Assembly: GCA_016432405.1 (NCBI GenBank)
Contig: CP066687.1
Span: 411,040 to 475,039, forward strand
Length of the DNA stretch: 64,000 nucleotides
Reading direction: 5' to 3'
Source: Candidatus Giovannonibacteria bacterium
Lineage (GTDB): Bacteria; Patescibacteriota; Minisyncoccia; UBA11713; 2-01-FULL-45-33
Made by a program: the position numbers and the translations under genes. The notes beneath the pieces are model-generated. The model saw only the letters and a program-made list of their open reading frames with translations. It did no database searches and was not told where the DNA came from. Positions 57,204 to 64,000 of the stretch are shown here, piece by piece (the stretch's first letter is position 1; each line of letters opens with the position of its first letter).

Positions 57204-57870
57204 TTTTTGGAGCGGCTTTGCCCGCCACGCCTTCTTCGGCTTCGGCTTTGGGCTTCTTGCTCAAAACTTCAATGGACTCCAAAGACGGCTCTGCGGCGGT
57301 TTCAGCCGCCTTTGGCTCTTCCTCTGCCCTCGGGGCTTCAACCACGGCAACCGTCTCAGACCGGCTATCCAACAAAGAAACCGCTGCCGGAATTTTTAAA
57401 TCGCTTATTAAAATGGAATTCCCTATGGTTTTGATGGCGGATATGTCAACGGAGATTGAGTGAGGCAGGTCATTCGGCAAGGCCTCGATTTTAAGAGAGT
57501 GCAAGACTTTAACCAAAACTCCCCCGGCTTTCACAGCCTCCGACTCTCCGACGAACTCCAAAGGCACGTCAACACGGATTTTTTTGTGCATATCCACCGC
57601 GTAAAAATCAGCGTGAACGGGCGTATCTTTTAAAGGGTCAATGGCAACGTCGTGTATCAGCACGTTTCTTTTATGCCCGCCTAAAACCAGCTCAATAACG
57701 GTGGATTCTCCGGCAAACCTCCAAGTCCTGTTGAAATCCGACTCTTTTACCGAAATCGGCTCCGCCGCCTTGCCGCCGCTATAAACCACGGCAGGCAAAA
57801 AGCCCTTGCTGCGCAAGATTTTTACTTTTTTACCCAAAATATCCCGCTTTTCGGCAGTTATTGACTGCAT
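57196..57870 (-). CDS. rplY: 50S ribosomal protein L25/Ctc
   Basis: LRSKGFLPAVVY, HADFY, VPLEFVGES. Confidence 0.95.
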   Translation of the reverse strand: MQSITAEKRDILGKKVKILRSKGFLPAVVYSGGKAAEPISVKESDFNRTWRFAGESTVIELVLGGHKRNVLIHDVAIDPLKDTPVHADFYAVDMHKKIRVDVPLEFVGESEAVKAGGVLVKVLHSLKIEALPNDLPHSISVDISAIKTIGNSILISDLKIPAAVSLLDSRSETVAVVEAPRAEEEPKAAETAAEPSLESIEVLSKKPKAEAEEGVAGKAAPKNE

Positions 57871-57895
57871 AAACTCAATATTACCCCGAAACGCG

Positions 57896-58867
57896 CTATT
57901 TTACAATATTAGGCGGTTCTTTGCCGGAAAGCGCCGCGATGATATTTTCGGCAGCCAACTCCGCCATCTTATCGCGCGTTGCTTCCGTGGCGGAAGCGAT
58001 GTGGGGAGTCAAAATAATATTTTCCAATTTTAAAAGCTCGGGTTCAATCACCGGCTCATTTTCAAAGACGTCAAGTGCGGCGCCTTTTATAATATTATTT
58101 TTCAAAGCTTCCGCTAAAGCTTTTTCATCAATTACTGGCCCGCGGGAAGTGTTAATCAGATACGCTGTGGGTTTCATAATCTTCAAACTCTCCGCGTTAA
58201 TCAAATGATGTGTCATCGGCAAAAGAGGGACATGGACGGAAACGAAATCCGCTTCTTTTAAAACTTCCTCCGCGCTCGCCCGAAACTGGGCGTTGAACTC
58301 TTTTTCAAAATTCTCGTTTCGCTTCACGTCGTAATAAACAACTTTCATGTCAAAACCGCGAACGGCATGGTGCGCCACTCTGGAACCAATTCTACCGAGA
58401 CCCAAAATCCCGAGCGTTTTTTTAGAAACATCCGCCCCCAAAAGCATCATCGGCTCCCAACCGTGGTATTTTCCCGCGCGGACAAATCTATCGGCCTCGG
58501 CAATGCGGTGAGCAATGGCAAGCATCAAAGCGAAAGTGTGTTCGGCCACGGTGTCAGTAAGCACGCCCGGCGTATTTGAAATCATAATCCCCGCTTTTTT
58601 GGCGGCTTCCAAATCAACATTATCAAAACCCACAGCCATATTGGCAAAAATTTTAACGCTTTCTTTTGCCGCCTCAAAAACATCGGCGTCCAATTTATCG
58701 GTAAGTAAAGCCAAAACCGCGTCCGGCTTAACTCGCTTAACTTGCTTAATTAGCTCGTCCTTAGTAAGCGCTCTGTCTTCCGGATTTACCTCCACCTCAT
58801 ATCCGGCGCTTTTTAGCTTACTTATCCCCGCCTCCGGAATTTTTCTGGTCACAAATATTTTAGGCAT
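57896..58867 (-). CDS. D-2-hydroxyacid dehydrogenase (glyoxylate reductase/D-glycerate DH)
   Basis: VGFDNVD, GLGRIG, NTSRG, LDVFENEP, TPHIAS. Confidence 0.93.
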   Translation of the reverse strand: MPKIFVTRKIPEAGISKLKSAGYEVEVNPEDRALTKDELIKQVKRVKPDAVLALLTDKLDADVFEAAKESVKIFANMAVGFDNVDLEAAKKAGIMISNTPGVLTDTVAEHTFALMLAIAHRIAEADRFVRAGKYHGWEPMMLLGADVSKKTLGILGLGRIGSRVAHHAVRGFDMKVVYYDVKRNENFEKEFNAQFRASAEEVLKEADFVSVHVPLLPMTHHLINAESLKIMKPTAYLINTSRGPVIDEKALAEALKNNIIKGAALDVFENEPVIEPELLKLENIILTPHIASATEATRDKMAELAAENIIAALSGKEPPNIVK

Positions 58868-58958
58868 AAGTTTATTGTATCAAATTCAAAACCGCTTCAC
58901 CTCTTGACAAATTATGCTTTATTTTGCTAGTATTGTAGCTGGAAAGGAGGTGATAAAA

Positions 58959-59228
58959 ATGAAAAAGAGCTTGCGTTTTTTGCTAGTTCCGGTTTCTATT
59001 CTTGTGGTTTTTGGAGTGGTTTTTGGAGCCATTTGGACCGGAATTACTTTGACCGGTAGGCGAGCTTACGCCGCGCAAGAAAACTGCGAGAAGCTTTATC
59101 AAGAAGCCCAAAAAGCGCTAGAACTAAGTAAAAGTCCGCACATTTCCCATAATACCCACCGCATAGCGGACGGTATCTCAAAGGGCCTTGAATACATCAG
59201 ATGCCTAGATAAGCTGATTAAGCGCTAA
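58959..59228 (+). CDS. Hypothetical membrane-anchored orphan
   Basis: TTGACA at 58904, AGGAGGTG SD, TM segment, terminator 59240-59277. Confidence 0.65.
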   Translation: MKKSLRFLLVPVSILVVFGVVFGAIWTGITLTGRRAYAAQENCEKLYQEAQKALELSKSPHISHNTHRIADGISKGLEYIRCLDKLIKR

Positions 59229-59356
59229 ACGCGTCCACGCTGCCGAGGAGAATAGCGATCCTCCCGGCAGTTTTTTTATTTTATTTAGAAATTTATAACA
59301 CGATAAAACAGCGATACATCGTTTTCTTCCGATCGTGAGAAAACAGTGTATGTATA

Positions 59357-59899
59357 TTAAAGACTAAAAAAATTACGTAAATTTTCGTCTTCAGTAATTT
59401 TCGCGGACTCTATCGCTACTAAATGGTTATCCAGATTAAAATCGCTCCACAAATCAAAGAAGTCTTTGGGCAAAGGATATGGATACGCCCAAACGCTTTT
59501 TTGAAGCTGGTAAAATCCAAAATCTTGCAATTCTTTTCTGAAAAAATCCCGACGCGCGCGGATACGCTCCGGAATATCAAAAATTAAGAGCCGCCATTTG
59601 CCGTCCCACTTCTTCGCTTTAGCCAGTTTTAGTTTGAGAAAAATCCTATCTGCTAATTTTTGACCCCTCTTCGTAAGAGAAAACGCTACTCGCCCGCCTT
59701 TCTGTCTTTCGCCAACTATTAAATCACGACTTCTTAGGCGATCAATGGCATTGCGGAAAGAACGTTTATTGGCGTGTTCGCAAAAAGTATGATAATAAGG
59801 ATGCGGCCAAAATGATTCAATAAAAATTTTACTTACCCCGCCGAGTATTAAAAGCGCGGCATCAGATAAAGTTGGCTCATAGATTATCCTTTTTCTCAT
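59357..59899 (-). CDS. PaaX-like wHTH + Cas2-like-fold protein
   Basis: LTKRG..WDGKWRLLIFDIPE..FRKEL..FGFYQLQKSVW; flanked by CGATCG hairpins at 59314 and 59914. Confidence 0.85.
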   Translation of the reverse strand: MRKRIIYEPTLSDAALLILGGVSKIFIESFWPHPYYHTFCEHANKRSFRNAIDRLRSRDLIVGERQKGGRVAFSLTKRGQKLADRIFLKLKLAKAKKWDGKWRLLIFDIPERIRARRDFFRKELQDFGFYQLQKSVWAYPYPLPKDFFDLWSDFNLDNHLVAIESAKITEDENLRNFFSL

Positions 59900-59981
59900 G
59901 CAATTTTATGATACACTGAAATCCTCCGATCGTACAAATTCAGTGCACTATTGACAACTTATCATAGCTTATAGATAATTT

Positions 59982-60893
59982 TTATATTCGATCTTCTGCG
60001 CAGAATAAAATAAGTTTTTCTTTTACGATTTTTTTGACGGCTTCTCTGGCGGAAGAGTCAAATTTGTATGGCGCGACTTCATCGGGATTTTTGGAAAATT
60101 CTTCGCGTAAGGCCATCGTATAAGCCACGCGGATATCTGTGTTTATGTGGATATTCGCGATGCCCGCTCCGATCGCCGCCTTAATCTGTTCATCCGGTAT
60201 TCCAGACCCCCCATGCAACACCAGCGCGACATTTTTCGGCACTGCTTCCCTTATTTTTTTTATTCTTTCAATATCTAGAGTCGGCTCCCCCAGAGAAAGC
60301 CCGTGTATATTGCCGACGGCAATGGCTAGCCGGTTCACGCCGGTGCGCGAAATAAAGTTCTTAGCCGTGTCCGGATTGGTTAAATCTTCCGGCTTGACCG
60401 TTATTTTTTCTTTCTGTATTTTTGACTCCCCTCTCAAATACCCCAGCTCGCCCTCAACGCTTATCTGGAAATTTTTTCCACCCGAGGCGGATCCGCCTAT
60501 GGCGGAATTTTTCGCGTACTCAACAATTTCTTTGGTGCCGGCAACATTCTCTTCATACGGCTCCGCGGATAAATCAATGTGGATTGAATCGTACCCGGCA
60601 TCCACCGCTTTTTTTGCGGCCTCCACGCTTTTATGATGGTCGGAATTTAAAAAAACCGGAGTGCCAAGCTCTTTTCTAAAGGCATCGCGCAAAGCAACCG
60701 CCTCAAAATAACCCAGATGTTTTGCCTCGCCTTCAGATGTTCCGATTATTGCAGGAATTTCGATATTTCGATATTTCGATATTTCGAGTGCTGCTTCGCA
60801 GATTGCCCGGAATTGGTCGGACTCCGACGCGTTAAAATGCCCCGTCGCCCAACCTTCTTTCAGCGCTTTATTTAAATAATCATTCAGATTCAT
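59982..60893 (-). CDS. fba: Class II fructose-bisphosphate aldolase
   Basis: DHH, SIHIDLS, VEGELG, AVGNIHG, LVLHGGSG, INTD. Confidence 0.93.
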   Translation of the reverse strand: MNLNDYLNKALKEGWATGHFNASESDQFRAICEAALEISKYRNIEIPAIIGTSEGEAKHLGYFEAVALRDAFRKELGTPVFLNSDHHKSVEAAKKAVDAGYDSIHIDLSAEPYEENVAGTKEIVEYAKNSAIGGSASGGKNFQISVEGELGYLRGESKIQKEKITVKPEDLTNPDTAKNFISRTGVNRLAIAVGNIHGLSLGEPTLDIERIKKIREAVPKNVALVLHGGSGIPDEQIKAAIGAGIANIHINTDIRVAYTMALREEFSKNPDEVAPYKFDSSAREAVKKIVKEKLILFCAEDRI

Positions 60894-61879
60894 ATCAACT
60901 TAGGAATATAGTCAGCCGGGGCTTCTGATAAATATTTTTCCAATTTATAGCGGGTGAGCAACCCTTCGCGCGCGCCGACATACTGCACAACCGACATGGA
61001 ATTTATCGGCGCCCAACGGAGTGCTTCTTCAACGCGAAGGCCAAGGCAAAGCGCGACGATAAAAGTGGAAGAAAAAGCATCGCCCGCCCCCGTCCGCTCA
61101 AAGGGCGGCTTGGGGTCTGGGTAAGGAGGCATAAACCAAGCGGATGCGCCATCGTAAGCGCAAGCGCCCGCCGGGCCATCCGTAACCACGACGATTTTCG
61201 GGCCCAAATCCGCCAGATTCTTCATTAATTTTTTCACGTCTTTCTCGTTTGACTCTAAAATTCTCTGCGCCTCTTCTTTATTGCAGACAAAAACTTCCGT
61301 CCGTTTGTAAATGCCCACCAATTTTTTTCTTCCGAATTTCATCTGGAAAGTTCCCGGCTGGAAAGCTAGTTTTACCTTCGGGTGCTCGTTCATATATCTT
61401 TCAAAAACTTCGTGAAACGGAAGAGAATTTTCAGCCATTGAGGAAAAATAAACCCACTTGGGGTCGTTAAAATACGGCAGTTTATAATCGTATTCTTGGT
61501 GCTTGATTAAAAGAGTGCGGTCGTCTTCGTACCAAAGCACGTAGTGATAATTAGTTTTTTTGCCCGGGTGAGCTATAACAAATTCCGTCCCGACATTTTC
61601 TTTTTTAAGAGCGTCCAGGGCTTCCTGGCCAAAGTAATCGTCACCAACATTGGAAATCAGCGCGCTTTGAAGCCCCAAGCGCGAAGCGGCAACCGATGCG
61701 TTCGCGGCATTACCAACAGCAGGCACGACATAAACTTCTTCGTAAGGAATTTTGTCCTTGAATCGCAAACAGATCTCGCACTTTTCCTTGTTAATATTGC
61801 AATGCACCGACGCGTCTTTCAATTTAATAAACGCGTCGGTCGTGGAATCCCCTATCGCGATAAAATCATACTGCTTCAT
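60890..61879 (-). CDS. PfkB-family carbohydrate kinase
   Basis: GNAANAS..SRLG, VGDD..G, NKEEA, TGAGDAF. Confidence 0.92.
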   Translation of the reverse strand: MKQYDFIAIGDSTTDAFIKLKDASVHCNINKEKCEICLRFKDKIPYEEVYVVPAVGNAANASVAASRLGLQSALISNVGDDYFGQEALDALKKENVGTEFVIAHPGKKTNYHYVLWYEDDRTLLIKHQEYDYKLPYFNDPKWVYFSSMAENSLPFHEVFERYMNEHPKVKLAFQPGTFQMKFGRKKLVGIYKRTEVFVCNKEEAQRILESNEKDVKKLMKNLADLGPKIVVVTDGPAGACAYDGASAWFMPPYPDPKPPFERTGAGDAFSSTFIVALCLGLRVEEALRWAPINSMSVVQYVGAREGLLTRYKLEKYLSEAPADYIPKLI

Positions 61880-61880
61880 T

Positions 61881-62882
61881 TTATTTTTTTCTTTTTAAAA
61901 CCCTTTTAACCGCCTCTTTGATGTGCGAAACGCCCATGCCAAATGCTTCCACAAGTTCGTTTGGCGCGCCAGATTCTCCGAAGCGGTTCTGCACTCCGAT
62001 AAATTCCATCGGCACCGGACAATTTTTCGCCAAAACTTCCGCCACCGCCGAACCCATTCCTCCCTGAACCTGATGTTCTTCAACCGTCACCACCGCGCCC
62101 GCGTCTCTGGCGGCCTGAATAATAGTTTTTTCATCCATCGGTTTAATTGTGTGATTATTTATCACGCGGATTTTCAGCCCTTCTTTTTCCAAATCCGCCG
62201 CGGCTAAAATCGCGTTATACACCAAAGGACCACAAGCAACTATGCTCACGTCCAACTTCTCACTAGAGCCAAAGAGCACTTCGGCTCGTCCCACTTCAAA
62301 GGGCGACTCTATTGTAGTAAACACGGGCGTCTTTTCACGTGCGAAACGGAGATAAACCGGCCCATTTATGTCGACTGCCGCCATCGTTGCTTTTCTGGCC
62401 TCGTGCACATCGCACGGATTGATTACGGTCATATTCGGAATCGGCCGCATAAGAGCGATGTCTTCAATCGCCTGATGCGTCGCGCCGTCCGGCCCCACGG
62501 AAACCCCGGCATGCGATCCGGCAATTTTCACAGGAACATCATTGTAGCAAATCGTTGTCCGGATCTGCTCCCAGTTTCTCCCCGGAGAAAACATCGCGTA
62601 AGAAGAAATAAATGGAATCTTGCCGTAATTCGCGAGCCCCGCCGCAACGGTTGCCATATTCTGCTCGGCAACCCCCATCTCAATAAACCTTTGCGGAAAT
62701 TTCTTTGCGAACAGATGCATCTGCGTTGATTCGGTGAGGTCGGCGCAGAGCGCGACAACTTTTTCATTCGCCTCGCCGGCAGCCAAAAGCCCCTCGCCGT
62801 AACCCTTTCTCGTCGGCGCCTGTTCAATTGTTTTGAACTCCAGAATGTTCAGTACTAATTTTACTTTCGGATTTATCGGCAT
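61881..62882 (-). CDS. Transketolase C-terminal subunit
   Basis: GVAEQNM, GPDGATHQ, GPVYLR, VEEH. Confidence 0.94.
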   Translation of the reverse strand: MPINPKVKLVLNILEFKTIEQAPTRKGYGEGLLAAGEANEKVVALCADLTESTQMHLFAKKFPQRFIEMGVAEQNMATVAAGLANYGKIPFISSYAMFSPGRNWEQIRTTICYNDVPVKIAGSHAGVSVGPDGATHQAIEDIALMRPIPNMTVINPCDVHEARKATMAAVDINGPVYLRFAREKTPVFTTIESPFEVGRAEVLFGSSEKLDVSIVACGPLVYNAILAAADLEKEGLKIRVINNHTIKPMDEKTIIQAARDAGAVVTVEEHQVQGGMGSAVAEVLAKNCPVPMEFIGVQNRFGESGAPNELVEAFGMGVSHIKEAVKRVLKRKK

Positions 62883-62883
62883 A

Positions 62884-63744
62884 TTATTGGTGCTCGCTTT
62901 TTATTTTACCGCCCAGCGTGCGGAGCTCCGCTAAAAATTTCGCGGCCTGCTCTTTATTTGGCGGAATGCCGTGCCATTTGTAATCAAACTCAATTTCTTT
63001 AATCCCCTTTCCGGGAATATTGTGCGAAATTATAACCGTTGGCTTTTCATAGATTGCTTTGGCTTCCTCCACAGCGTTTACGATTTCTTCAAAATCGTGG
63101 CCGTTGATTTCCAAAACATGCCAGTTGAAAGCTTCATATTTTTCTTTGAGGGGCTCTAAAGGCATAATATCCTCGGTCATCCCGTCAATCTGAATGTTGT
63201 TGCGGTCAATTAAGGCGGTCAAATTGTCCAGCTTTAACTTGCCGGCAAGCATTGCGGCCTCCCATGTGTTTCCCGCTTCCTGCTCGCCGTCCGACATCAG
63301 GCAATAAACTTGATTTTTCTTTCCATCCATTTTAAACCCGATCGCCATGCCGACCGCCTGCGAAAGACCGCTGCCAAGCGGCCCCGAGGTTATTTCAATC
63401 CCGGGCAAAGAGCCGCGGTGCGGGTGCCCCTGAAGACGCGTACCGAATTTTCTTAAAGTTTTGAGTTCTGATATCGGAAAATACCCGGCGTGCGCCATCG
63501 CAGCATAGTGCACCGGGCAGATGTGCCCATTGGATAAAATCAGGTGGTCTCTTTCCTCCCAAAATGGATTTTTCGGGTCGTGGTTTAAAATATGAAAATA
63601 AAACGCGGTAAAAACATCCGCCATCCCCAAGGTACCGGCCGTATGCCCGCTCCCAGCTTCCAAAAGCATCTCAATAATCGACTGCCTCACAGCATTCGCC
63701 TTCTCCTCCAAAAATTTAATTTTTTCTTCGTGCAGATGAAACAT
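62884..63744 (-). CDS. Transketolase N-terminal subunit
   Basis: GSGH, LSNGH, LQGHP, GPLGSG, SDGEQEAG..WEA. Confidence 0.94.
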   Translation of the reverse strand: MFHLHEEKIKFLEEKANAVRQSIIEMLLEAGSGHTAGTLGMADVFTAFYFHILNHDPKNPFWEERDHLILSNGHICPVHYAAMAHAGYFPISELKTLRKFGTRLQGHPHRGSLPGIEITSGPLGSGLSQAVGMAIGFKMDGKKNQVYCLMSDGEQEAGNTWEAAMLAGKLKLDNLTALIDRNNIQIDGMTEDIMPLEPLKEKYEAFNWHVLEINGHDFEEIVNAVEEAKAIYEKPTVIISHNIPGKGIKEIEFDYKWHGIPPNKEQAAKFLAELRTLGGKIKSEHQ

Positions 63745-64000
63745 TTTCTAGTTCTGCGATTGCTTTTTTAATATTTTTTGACTCAAAAATTGCTTTGCCG
63801 GCGACGAGCAGATTCGCACCTTCTTTTATCAGCCGCGCGGCGACGCGCTTGTTCACCCCGCCGTCAACTTCTATTATACACTTTTTGCAAAGCGAGCGGA
63901 TATGCCCTATTTTGTGGAGAATTTCTTCGCTAAACTCTTGCCCCGAGGGGCCGGGGGGCACAGCAAGCAATTGCAAAACCTCAACTTTTCCTAAGTAAGG
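63716..64000 (-). CDS. rpe: Ribulose-phosphate 3-epimerase (partial, runs off window)
   Basis: VPPGPSGQEF, IEVDGGVN, GANLLVAG. Confidence 0.88.
   Translation of the reverse strand, partial: PYLGKVEVLQLLAVPPGPSGQEFSEEILHKIGHIRSLCKKCIIEVDGGVNKRVAARLIKEGANLLVAGKAIFESKNIKKAIAELENVSSARRKN

Noticed and set aside
59357-59899. Bona fide CRISPR cas2
   Set aside because: Fused to a wHTH domain, with no cas1 or array; fits the PaaX-like family.

Overview
Core-genome region of a Patescibacteria/CPR bacterium (Parcubacteria-like; standard genetic code, TGA used as stop). Most genes are on the minus strand: rsmH-mraZ, lysS-greA, mreB-mreC-mreD-PBP2, proS, rseP, frr, holB, a second mreB, murA, rpsP-khpA-trmD, mltG, pcm, clpB, an Rrf2-IscS-IscU-ferredoxin-SOD-NifU-HtrA operon, NDH-2, rpsB-tsf, rplY and rpe-tkt-tkt-pfkB-fba. 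rpmE-prfA, rpmG and a mer island are on the plus strand, and there are four tRNAs. The most striking layer is a set of small single-gene cassettes, each bracketed by its own private repeat. Three RAYT-like HUH (Y1) nucleases each carry a different 1-nt-loop palindrome three times: upstream, inside the gene just before the HUH motif, and at or just past the stop codon. A PaaX/Cas2-like gene, an ArsR-like gene and a four-helix-bundle gene are likewise flanked by their own hairpins or heptad repeats. Many solo palindromes sit in frame inside housekeeping genes (lysS, murA, trmD, pcm, iscS, ndh, fba, merA). Other notable items: a 2381-aa surface protein whose variable modules are separated by a codon-identical ~30-nt repeat, a divergent LpxC-like gene in a lineage thought to lack lipid A, and diverged duplicate 3' ends of rpmG and prfA. 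All calls come from reading the sequence; no database searches were run.
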